Of a stretch of 64,000 bases of DNA, positions 54,985-64,000 are shown one piece after another. Source of the DNA: Nostoc sp. (GTDB taxonomy: Bacteria > Cyanobacteriota > Cyanobacteriia > Cyanobacteriales > Nostocaceae). Numbering within the stretch: the first letter of the stretch is position 1; each line of letters starts with the position of its first letter. The stretch is taken from NCBI GenBank assembly GCA_036918135.1, contig JBALDB010000054.1:32001-96000 (forward strand), read 5' to 3'. The position numbers and the translations under genes were made by a program. A model generated the notes under the pieces. The model ran no database searches. It was given only the letters and a program-made list of their open reading frames with translations, and was not told the DNA's origin.

Positions 54985-57900
54985 ATGAGCCAGTGGCGTC
55001 TAAATCTATGGCTTGTGATATGCAGTATGTGGATACTGGGTTGCAATCGACCTACCGCTGCTCAAGTGATTCCCGATAACACCCTGCCTGCGGGGGAGCG
55101 AACGCAAGTTTCTGGCAATCCCAATTTCCAAATTGACGGCGGGACGAGGCGAGGTGGCAATTTGTTCCACAGCTTCCAATCGTTTTCTGTGCCCACTGGA
55201 GGCTCTGCCTACTTCAACAATGCCGCAGATGTGCAAAACATTTTCAGCCGCGTCACAGGTAGGTCAATTTCCAATATTGATGGTGTGATTAAAGCAAATG
55301 GCACGGCGAATCTATTTTTGCTTAATCCCAATGGCATTGTGTTTAGTACGGGGGCTTCACTCAACATCGGCGGTTCCTTTGTTGCCACAACTGCTAATGC
55401 GATCGCCTTTCCCAATGGTGAAGTTTTCAGCAGCAATGCAACTCAACCTTTACCCAGTCAATTGCTAACCATTAATCCTAATGCTTTTTTCTTTAACCAA
55501 GTGAAGCCACAGCCGATTATTTATCAATCTGATATGAGTTTACAAGTTCCTTCTAGACAAAACCTATTGCTGATTGGAGGGCCTATTCAATTTGATCGCG
55601 GAAACTATGGTGGACGAGCAATTAGTAGTGGAAGCTATGTCGAATTAGCGAGTATCGGTGGGTTAGGAACTGTTGATTTATCAACTAAGAGCGAAGATTG
55701 GCAATTAACTATACCCGATGGAGTGACCAGAGCAGATGTATCCTTAACGAATGGTAGTGGTATTTACGTTCAAGGAGCCAGTGGCAGTATTAGAATTCTT
55801 GCACATAACATTGATATCTCTGGAGGTGAACTTAGAATTGAAATTCCGAGCGATTCGAGATTAGCTGATAGCAAAACCGGAGATCTAGATCTGAATGCAA
55901 CTGGCTCGATCGCAATTAGCGATTTTGGCTCCTTGGACAACTGGTTATTTGGACAGGGAACTATGGGTAGTATCAATTTGACAGCAGGCGATCGCGTCTC
56001 TTTGGATGGTAGTGAGGTACAGAATATTCTAGAAGATACTGGTGTGGGTAACGTTGGCAACATCAACATTATTACAGGGTCACTTTCTCTAACAAGAGGC
56101 ACTGTACTGTATTCCGAGATGCGCGGACAGGGGAACGTAGGCAGCGTGAATATTAATGCCCGCGATCGCATTTCTCTGGTTAGCAGTGCTGTAGTCAATG
56201 ATGTATTCAATCCCCTGAAACCAACCAATATTGGTAAAGTTGGCGATATTAACATCACTACAGGGTCGCTTTCTCTGACGAAGGCTCGACTGTTTGCTAG
56301 CATGTGGGGACAAGGAAGTACAGGCAACGTAAATATCAATGTCCGCGATGCCGTTTATTTGGATGATAGTGGTGTATACAATTCCTTGGTAGAAGGCATA
56401 GGTAAAGTTGGCGATATCAACATCACTACAGGGTCGCTTTCTCTTAGCAATGGTGCTCAACTGTATTCCAACACGTATGGACAGGGAAATGCAGGCAGCG
56501 TGAATATCAATGCCCGCGATCGCGTTTCCTTAGATGGTCAAGAATCTTATTCATTTTTCATCACCTCTAGTAGTATCTTTACCCAAGTGGGTCAAGGCAG
56601 CGTCGGTAAAGGCGGAGATGTGGCGATTGCAACTGACTCACTGTTTTTGACCAACGGGGGTGCTGTGAATACCTCTAATGAAGGTGGAATTGGCGATGCC
56701 GGTCGTGTCACCATTCAGGCGCGTGATGTCCAGATTAATGGAACCTCCCCGACTCGAATTAACTCTCGTGGTGAGCGTACCGACTACTACCGCAGTGGAG
56801 TGTTTACCTCCACAACAGCAGGATCTGTGGGAAGCGGAGGCGATGTCAGCATCAATACAGACTCACTCTCGGTTTCCAACCAGGGGAGAATTGACACGAA
56901 CGCTCAGGGGCAAGGCAAGGCCGGGAATATCCAGATTCAGGCAAAAGATACTGTCTCATTTGATGGGGGAGATGCCATCAGCACGCTCTCGCCAAGTGGA
57001 GTTGGCACAGGAGGCGATATTGATATTACAGCGCGATCGCTCTCACTGCTCAATGGCTCTCAACTGGCTGCTTCCACCGCTGGGTCTGGAAATGCTGGTA
57101 ATATCACCGTCAGTGCAAACGCAGTGGGTTTGAGTAGCGGCGGGCAACTGCTGACTACGACTTCTAGTAGCGGTCGTGCTGGCGACATCACAATTAATAC
57201 TCCAGACCTGCAACTAAGTGGGGCAACCAGTGGTTTATTTGCCGATACCACCAGTACAGCAGATGCTGGCAACTTGATTATTCAGCCACGGGGGAACGCG
57301 CAAAGTGTCAGGGTGAACCTTCAAGATGGCGCACAAGTCTCTGCCTCCACTAAGGCCAGCGGTCAAGGGGGAACGTTAACTATTACTGCCCCAGAGTCGA
57401 TTACTCTCACAGGCGACGGTTCAATCATTGCCGCTGGTACGGCTGGCAGCGGTCAGGGTGGGGACTTAAATCTCCAAACAGGAACCCTCAGCATTCAAAA
57501 CCAGGCAGAAGTGACGGTCAGCAGTTCGGGCACAGGCAGTGCCGGTTCGTTGTCTGTGGATGCCAATCGCATCTATCTCAACAATCAAGGCAGTATCCGA
57601 GCTGACACCACAGGCGGTGGAGGAAATATCTTTTTACATACTCCCTTGTTACTATTACGCAATGGCAGTGCCATTACTACCAACGCCACTGGTGAAAATA
57701 TCCCTGGGGGTGACATCAACATTGATGCGGCAAATGGTTTCATCATTGCTGTTCCTCAAGAAAATAGCGATATCAGCGCTAATTCCTTAGACTTTCGTGG
57801 TGGTAATGTAAACATCAATGCTCAAGCGATTTATGGAACTCAGTTTCGTGAGACACCAACAAGTGCAAGTGATATCACTGCCACAGGGGTAAGTCCGCAG

Positions 57901-58392
57901 TTGAATGGCTCAGTGCAAGTCAACACATTAGATATAGATCCCAACAACGGATTAGTGGAATTGCCAGCCAATTTTGTAGACCGCTCTAGTTTGATTGCTC
58001 AAGGTTGTCCAGCCTCTAAAGACAATTCGTTTACCATCACCGGACGCGGAGGTTTGCCACCTCTGCCAACCCAAGCGCTTCACCCTAATCAAACTGCAAC
58101 TGTTGATTGGGTGACATTGAATCCTCAAGAACAAAAAAGCACAACTGTAGGCGAGAATTCACACTTAAGTCGGAGTCTGGGGCGCAAAAGTCCTCAATTA
58201 GAAGTTCCACAAATCAGCCCGACTATCGTCGAAGCTACTGGTTGGGTAATGAATAGGTCTGGCAAGGTGCAGCTAACAGCCTCTATACCCATAGCTAATG
58301 ATACCAACACTTTTATTTCAGCGATCGCCTCCAGCGGGTCTTCTCTCCGAGACGCTACGCGAACACCCATTGCAGCTTGTCCAAATTCATAG
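54985..58392 (+). CDS. filamentous haemagglutinin family (TpsA-like) exoprotein
   Basis: Signal peptide ending AQ, then IPDNTL, GGT...NLFHSF..FS, NIFSRVTG..S.IDG, NLFLLNPNGI; beta-helix GxxGxIxI repeats; C-terminal F.ITGRGGLPP and IVEATGW. Likely ATG at 54985; the ORF begins at 54952. Confidence 0.93.
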   Translation: MSQWRLNLWLVICSMWILGCNRPTAAQVIPDNTLPAGERTQVSGNPNFQIDGGTRRGGNLFHSFQSFSVPTGGSAYFNNAADVQNIFSRVTGRSISNIDGVIKANGTANLFLLNPNGIVFSTGASLNIGGSFVATTANAIAFPNGEVFSSNATQPLPSQLLTINPNAFFFNQVKPQPIIYQSDMSLQVPSRQNLLLIGGPIQFDRGNYGGRAISSGSYVELASIGGLGTVDLSTKSEDWQLTIPDGVTRADVSLTNGSGIYVQGASGSIRILAHNIDISGGELRIEIPSDSRLADSKTGDLDLNATGSIAISDFGSLDNWLFGQGTMGSINLTAGDRVSLDGSEVQNILEDTGVGNVGNINIITGSLSLTRGTVLYSEMRGQGNVGSVNINARDRISLVSSAVVNDVFNPLKPTNIGKVGDINITTGSLSLTKARLFASMWGQGSTGNVNINVRDAVYLDDSGVYNSLVEGIGKVGDINITTGSLSLSNGAQLYSNTYGQGNAGSVNINARDRVSLDGQESYSFFITSSSIFTQVGQGSVGKGGDVAIATDSLFLTNGGAVNTSNEGGIGDAGRVTIQARDVQINGTSPTRINSRGERTDYYRSGVFTSTTAGSVGSGGDVSINTDSLSVSNQGRIDTNAQGQGKAGNIQIQAKDTVSFDGGDAISTLSPSGVGTGGDIDITARSLSLLNGSQLAASTAGSGNAGNITVSANAVGLSSGGQLLTTTSSSGRAGDITINTPDLQLSGATSGLFADTTSTADAGNLIIQPRGNAQSVRVNLQDGAQVSASTKASGQGGTLTITAPESITLTGDGSIIAAGTAGSGQGGDLNLQTGTLSIQNQAEVTVSSSGTGSAGSLSVDANRIYLNNQGSIRADTTGGGGNIFLHTPLLLLRNGSAITTNATGENIPGGDINIDAANGFIIAVPQENSDISANSLDFRGGNVNINAQAIYGTQFRETPTSASDITATGVSPQLNGSVQVNTLDIDPNNGLVELPANFVDRSSLIAQGCPASKDNSFTITGRGGLPPLPTQALHPNQTATVDWVTLNPQEQKSTTVGENSHLSRSLGRKSPQLEVPQISPTIVEATGWVMNRSGKVQLTASIPIANDTNTFISAIASSGSSLRDATRTPIAACPNS

Positions 58393-58804
58393 GTCAGTAA
58401 GCAAAAAACTTTTGTGATTTTTCTTCTTTAGACAATACTGTTTATTTTTCCCAGATTTCGTACTACTTAACGGAGTAACTTACTACAACACATGTTAAAA
58501 ATATTACGAACTGCTTTTTTCAACTTTTGACTTGAAAATTTTAATTTTACAAAGCATTGCTTAAGCTTTGTTACATTGAAATTTATAATACTATTAATCT
58601 TGATAATTTTGATATGAACTCTTTTGAATTAAGTCAACCGATATCGAATGTATTAATCAGAAATTTAGCTGCTATTTATTCATTTCAGACAAATAATAGA
58701 TAAAACAATTTTATCGAAAGACTTAAATTTTTTGTGGTGAGCTTTTGAAGATTATCAAGTGAAATACGCAATCCAAGAATTGCATAAAAATTATCTGAAA
58801 GGCA

Positions 58805-61800
58805 ATGAGAGATTTCAACTTTTTCAAATACTTAAACATTGCTATAACTAGTGCAGTAATTACCTCTGGAAATTTGGCAATATTTACGATGGGCTGCGCC
58901 TACGCCCAAATCACTCCAGATAATACTCTCCCGATTAATTCTAATATTCAAAAAATTGGTAACACTATCAAAATTGAAGGTGGAACCACTGCCGGAAGCA
59001 ATTTATTCCACAGCTTTAGCGAGTTTTCTCTTCCCACTGGCACTACAGCTTATTTTAAGAATAGCCTGAATATTCAAAATATTATTAGTCGAGTCACAGG
59101 TAAATCAATCTCTGATATTGATGGATTGATTCGTGCCAATGGCACTGCAAACCTATTATTTATAAATCCCAACGGGATTATTTTTGGCCCGAATGCCAAA
59201 TTGGATATCGGCGGCTCATTTGTAGGTAGTACAGCAAGTAGCATCAAGTTTGCTGATGGATTTGAATTTAGCGCTAAAAATCCTTCAACTACTCCATTAC
59301 TAACTATTAGTGTACCGATTGGATTACAGTTTAACGGTGGTGAAGGCAATATTGTCGTGGAAACAGCCGCCAGTTCACCACCTGCTATCCCATATACAGA
59401 AGTAGGTGATGCAGGACAGTTGCCATCTACAGCCCAGACTACCAATAGTTCAACTTCAGGGACTGTGGTGAGTTCTATCTCTGGGACACTAGACAATGAC
59501 AACGATATCGATTTATACCAGCTTTTTTTAAGAGCAGGGCAGAAATTCACAGCAACAACTGTTGGTGGTAGTGAAGTTGATACTCAGTTGTTTTTGTTTG
59601 ATGGCAATGGCTTAGGTCTAGTGATGAACGATGACGATGACAGCGTTAATGATGAAACTCGACAATCAACATTGCCTTTAGGCGAATCCTTCATTGCCCC
59701 AACTTCGGGCAAGTATTACCTGGGCATTTCTAGTTATGCAAACAATCCGCACAGTTCAAAGGGTGCAATATTTGAGTATGATAGCCCCATAGGTGCTGGT
59801 GTCGAATTTCCAATTACTGGATGGGATGAAAATTATGGTTCCGCAAGCGGAGCTTATACTATTACGCTTACCAATCAGATATCTCCTACCCCCAGTTCAT
59901 TGTTTCAGGTTCCACAAGGCAGAACCTTAGCGCTCATAGGTGGCAAGGTGACAGTTAATGGTAAACAAGCCATTGCTCCTAATGGACAGGTGACTTTGGG
60001 AGGTGTAGATGGAGCGGGAACAGTCGGGCTGAATTTGGTCAGTAATCGTTTGCAGGTGGATTTTCCGAATAATATACCGCGAGCCGATATTTCTTTAAAT
60101 AATACTAATATTGTAAACATTGCAACTGGTAGTAGTGGCAGCCTTAGCATTTATGGACGGAATGTTGATATTGCTAGCAGCTATACTGGGCCATCACTAT
60201 TGGTGGATGCTCAAGACAGTATCCGATTTGGGGGTGACATCACTTCTTTACTTGATTCAGGTGATGGCGGAGCAATTACTCTAAAAGCAGGAAATAACAT
60301 TTTTACACAGTCTGTAATATCTTCTTCAGAGGAGAAGAATGGCGGAAATATTACCATAAGAGCAGGGAATAACATCTTTACACAGTCTGTAATATCTTCT
60401 TCAGACGGGGGTGGTGATGGAGGAAATATTACCTTATCAGCAGGTGGCAACATCTCTGCTGACAACAACTCTACAAAAGAACTTTTCATCAGCTCGTACT
60501 CTGGTTATGGAAATGCGGGAAATATTAATCTCTGGGCAGGTGGCAACATCTCGACCCAAACTATTTCCTCGTTCTCCGTGAGAACGAGGGATCTCATTGG
60601 AGGAAATGGGGGAAATATTAGCTTATCAGCAGGTGGCAACATCTCTACTTCAAAGATAAACTCCTTCTCACAAATTAAGCATGGAGGAAATATTAGCTTA
60701 TCAGCAGGTGGCAACATCTCTACTTCAGAGATAAACTCCTGGTCATCTGGTAGTAATGGAGGATCTATTATTTTCTCGGCCGATGGTAATATCTCTACCT
60801 CAGATATCTCATCCTATGCAAGTGATGGTAATGGAGGAGCGATCGCTCTCACAAGTACTAATGGCATAATCAATCTAAATACTAGTTATGATGATGCTAC
60901 CTCTATTCAAGTGGATGCTTCTGGTGCTAGCGGTGGTAATATTAGCTTCATCAGCCCAATTAGAGCGTTAAACTTTAAAGATACTTTTATTGATAGCAGT
61001 GCTACACAAGGTAGTGGTGGTAACATCCAGATTAATGCATCATCGGTTTTCTTAAATAATAGTGAGTTAACTACCACCACTAGAGGTACAGGAAAAGCTG
61101 GTGACATTTCCATCCTCTCTAATGGCTCAGTTTCACTTGATAAAAGCCGTTTATTTACTTCTTTGGAGGTTGAAGGAAATGGTAGAGGAGGAGACATTGG
61201 CATTAAAGCGGCAGATATTTCTTTGAATAACTTCTCTTTCCTTGATACTGCTACCTCTGGTCAAGGAAATGCAGGTAATGTCTCCCTGGATGTAGGTGAC
61301 TTTATTAATCTAGATAATGGAAGTGCTATTTTTAGCATTACTAATAATCAAGGCAATGCGGGTAACGTCAGTTTAAAAGCTCTTGGTGCTGTTGATCTGA
61401 CTAAAGCTAGCAACATTAGCACTGCCGTAAATTCACTAGCCCAAGGTCAGGGCGGTAACATTAATATTGAAGCGCGAACCCTCTCTGTATTAGATGGCTC
61501 TCAATTAATTACCAGTACCTTGAGCAATGGTAAAGCAGGTGATATCACTGTCAGTACAAAAGAAGGCATTATCATCTCTGGAGTTGACTTTGGTTTCATC
61601 CCAACTCAACTAAATGTCTCAGTTGGTAATCCTCCTCCCACAAATGAAGTGGAGCCGAATGACTCATCACAGCAAGCACAGCAGATAACTCAGTTTTTCT
61701 TAAATAGTAGCGATAATATTAATCCCAACGTTAGATTTTCCACTAGAATTCCCTATGCATCCATTGCTGGTGAAGGTACACCTATTGAAGATAGTGAGGG

Positions 61801-63805
61801 TAATGTTGAAAAGGAGTCTGACTTCTACTCCTTTGAAGTGAAAGCAGGCACTCGGGCAATATTTGCTTATCCTTCCGATCAGGTGTTTATTAAGCTTTTA
61901 GATGGTAATGGAAATGAGTTGAAACTAAATAATGTTACTGAAAGACTTAGCGATGACTCTGCAAATTTTTATGATAAATATACTTTTACAGAGTCTGGCA
62001 CTTACTTTATTAAGTTGCAATCAGATCGGCCAGACACTATTCCATACACTCTCAACATCTCACTAGAAACACCAAATGTAACAACTAATGTTGACAATGG
62101 AATCCTTGCCAGTGGGCTATTTGCCAAAACTCAAGGTACGGGAGTGGCTGGGAACATCACAATTAATAGCCCACAATTAACTATCCAAAATGGAGGCAAT
62201 ATCTCTGCAACTGCAACTGAAACTGCTACCAGTACAGCACGAGGCGGTAATATTACAGTCAATTCCTCTCAATTAAATCTATCGGGCAATACCAGTGGCT
62301 TATTCGCCCTCACACAAGGATCTGCACCTGCCGGGTCATTAAAGTTACAGCCCTATGAAAACGGGCAGGCCTTAACAGTCAATCTTCGAGATCAGGCACA
62401 AATATCTGCTTCCACGTCTGGTAGTGGACAGGGAGGTACTCTAACAGTGACTGCCCCTGAGTCTATTAATTTAAGTGGTAATGGGACTCTGGCAGCTACA
62501 GCTGAAGCTACTAGTAGTGGACAAGCTGGAGATGTACTTCTAGCAACAGAAAAACTCAATATTGGCAACGGAATACAGGTGTCTGCGGCGACGAATTCTA
62601 CTAACCCCACAGCTAACGGAGGTGAGCTAACTGTGCAAACTGCACAATTAAACTTGACAGATGGCAGCATTTTAGAAGCAGGGACAACAGGAGCTGCACC
62701 AGGCGGTAACTTGATAATTCAACCGAATAATAATGGACAGACTTTAGCAGTCAATTTCTCAGGCAAATCAAAGGCATCGGCTGCAACTTCTGGTAGTGGG
62801 AAGGGAGGAACCCTGAATGTAACTGCTCCGGGATCGATTACCCTAACTGGCGATGGTTCGCTGATTTCGGCTGAAACAACAGGTAGTGGTGCAGGTGGCG
62901 ATTTGACTCTGCAAACAGGAGATTTAACGATTCGAGATGGGGCACAAGTAAGTGTCAGTAGTACAAATTCGGGAACAGCTGGTTCATTATTTGTAACAGC
63001 TGACTCCATCAGTCTCTACAATGGAGCAAAAATTAATGCAGACACTACAGGTGGAGGAGGAAATATCTTTTTACGTACTCCCTTGTTGTTATTACGCAAT
63101 GGCAGTACCATAACTACCAACGCCACTGGCGCAAATATTCCCGGAGGCAACATTAATATTGATGCCAAAAATGGTTTCATCATTGCTGTTCCCCAAGAAA
63201 ATAGCGATATCAGTGCTAATTCTCTAGACTTTCGTGGTGGTAATGTGAATATCAATGCTCAAGGGATTTTTGGAACTCAGTTTCGCACTTTCCCAACTTC
63301 AGCAAGTGATATTACTGCTACAGGGGTAAATCCGCAGTTGAATGGCTCAGTGCAAATCAATACACCAGATGTAGATCCTAACAACGGATTAGTGGAATTG
63401 CCAGCCAATTTTATAGATCGTTCTGGTTTGATTGCTCAAGGCTGTCCAGCCTCTAAAGGCAATTCATTTACCATTGCTGGGCGCGGCGGTTTACCACCTC
63501 TACCAACCCAAGCACTTGGCACTAATCAAACTGCAACTGTTGATTGGGTGACATTAAATCTTCAAGAACAAAGAAATACAAATGTAGAAAGAAGTCCACA
63601 TTTAGGAAGGGGTCTGTCGCATAAAAACCGTGACCTAGAAGTTAAAAAAATTAATACCCCGATTATGGAAGCTACTAATTGGGTAATTAACAAGTTCGGT
63701 GCAGTGGAGTTAACAGCTTCTGCACCCATAGCCACGCAGACAAATGCTTTTAATTCAGAGATTGCAGCTTGTCCATCCCAAGCCGCCGCCACTATTCAAA
63801 AATAA
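58805..63805 (+). CDS. filamentous haemagglutinin family exoprotein with two inserted PPC-like domains
   Basis: Same TPS N-terminal motifs ([18 protein letters not shown]) and beta-helix repeats. Inserts at about 59390-59875 and 61630-62070. C-terminus shared with the upstream paralogue. Confidence 0.93.
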   Translation: MRDFNFFKYLNIAITSAVITSGNLAIFTMGCAYAQITPDNTLPINSNIQKIGNTIKIEGGTTAGSNLFHSFSEFSLPTGTTAYFKNSLNIQNIISRVTGKSISDIDGLIRANGTANLLFINPNGIIFGPNAKLDIGGSFVGSTASSIKFADGFEFSAKNPSTTPLLTISVPIGLQFNGGEGNIVVETAASSPPAIPYTEVGDAGQLPSTAQTTNSSTSGTVVSSISGTLDNDNDIDLYQLFLRAGQKFTATTVGGSEVDTQLFLFDGNGLGLVMNDDDDSVNDETRQSTLPLGESFIAPTSGKYYLGISSYANNPHSSKGAIFEYDSPIGAGVEFPITGWDENYGSASGAYTITLTNQISPTPSSLFQVPQGRTLALIGGKVTVNGKQAIAPNGQVTLGGVDGAGTVGLNLVSNRLQVDFPNNIPRADISLNNTNIVNIATGSSGSLSIYGRNVDIASSYTGPSLLVDAQDSIRFGGDITSLLDSGDGGAITLKAGNNIFTQSVISSSEEKNGGNITIRAGNNIFTQSVISSSDGGGDGGNITLSAGGNISADNNSTKELFISSYSGYGNAGNINLWAGGNISTQTISSFSVRTRDLIGGNGGNISLSAGGNISTSKINSFSQIKHGGNISLSAGGNISTSEINSWSSGSNGGSIIFSADGNISTSDISSYASDGNGGAIALTSTNGIINLNTSYDDATSIQVDASGASGGNISFISPIRALNFKDTFIDSSATQGSGGNIQINASSVFLNNSELTTTTRGTGKAGDISILSNGSVSLDKSRLFTSLEVEGNGRGGDIGIKAADISLNNFSFLDTATSGQGNAGNVSLDVGDFINLDNGSAIFSITNNQGNAGNVSLKALGAVDLTKASNISTAVNSLAQGQGGNINIEARTLSVLDGSQLITSTLSNGKAGDITVSTKEGIIISGVDFGFIPTQLNVSVGNPPPTNEVEPNDSSQQAQQITQFFLNSSDNINPNVRFSTRIPYASIAGEGTPIEDSEGNVEKESDFYSFEVKAGTRAIFAYPSDQVFIKLLDGNGNELKLNNVTERLSDDSANFYDKYTFTESGTYFIKLQSDRPDTIPYTLNISLETPNVTTNVDNGILASGLFAKTQGTGVAGNITINSPQLTIQNGGNISATATETATSTARGGNITVNSSQLNLSGNTSGLFALTQGSAPAGSLKLQPYENGQALTVNLRDQAQISASTSGSGQGGTLTVTAPESINLSGNGTLAATAEATSSGQAGDVLLATEKLNIGNGIQVSAATNSTNPTANGGELTVQTAQLNLTDGSILEAGTTGAAPGGNLIIQPNNNGQTLAVNFSGKSKASAATSGSGKGGTLNVTAPGSITLTGDGSLISAETTGSGAGGDLTLQTGDLTIRDGAQVSVSSTNSGTAGSLFVTADSISLYNGAKINADTTGGGGNIFLRTPLLLLRNGSTITTNATGANIPGGNINIDAKNGFIIAVPQENSDISANSLDFRGGNVNINAQGIFGTQFRTFPTSASDITATGVNPQLNGSVQINTPDVDPNNGLVELPANFIDRSGLIAQGCPASKGNSFTIAGRGGLPPLPTQALGTNQTATVDWVTLNLQEQRNTNVERSPHLGRGLSHKNRDLEVKKINTPIMEATNWVINKFGAVELTASAPIATQTNAFNSEIAACPSQAAATIQK

Positions 63806-64000
63806 TGCAAGTTGCTTTTGTGTAACCTGAAGATTAAGAGAAGCCCAAACATACCAATTCTCTAAAATCCAACAACAGATTAAAATCTTTAAATCTAGAT
63901 TGAAATAGGCTTTCTTGATTACAAATTACAAGTTAGATAGTTCATCGAACCAACTTTCAAGTTGTAAATGCAAGCGATAACTAAAAACTTCCTTTTTAGA

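Noticed and set aside
55006..63792. Many minus-strand ORFs opposite the haemagglutinin genes
   Set aside because: Antisense shadows caused by the Gly/Ser/Thr/Asn-rich repetitive codon usage.

Overview
This window is from a filamentous heterocystous cyanobacterium (Nostoc/Calothrix-like), judged from frequent HIP1 octamers (GCGATCGC), heptamer STRR repeats and Nostoc-type short dispersed repeats. 1-26 kb is mostly core/housekeeping: an ABC-2 transporter, uppS, a phytochrome-Rcp-hybrid kinase cluster whose phytochrome has a tandem-cysteine CC motif, truB, rlmB, mrnC, a STAS protein, carA, trpD, an ArsR-SRPBCC-cupin-ClpP-epimerase cluster, an orphan DNA adenine methylase, a deleted toxin-antitoxin remnant and an hli gene with an HLR1 site. 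26.5-34.3 kb is a co-oriented locus encoding a dynamin-like GTPase, a large non-canonical Hsp70/actin-fold ATPase and a possible GrpE-like protein; this is the best candidate for an uncharacterised system. 35-54 kb is an accessory island next to a Crp/Fnr regulator gene, with about 20 redox/stress genes all on the minus strand, several gene fragments, and three partial copies of the crp gene ends that bracket blocks of cargo. 55-64 kb holds two tandem filamentous-haemagglutinin-family (TpsA-like) exoprotein genes. No rRNA, tRNA, transposase, integrase or CRISPR array was seen; one solitary CRISPR-repeat-like sequence is present. All family calls come from motif recognition by eye; no searches were run.
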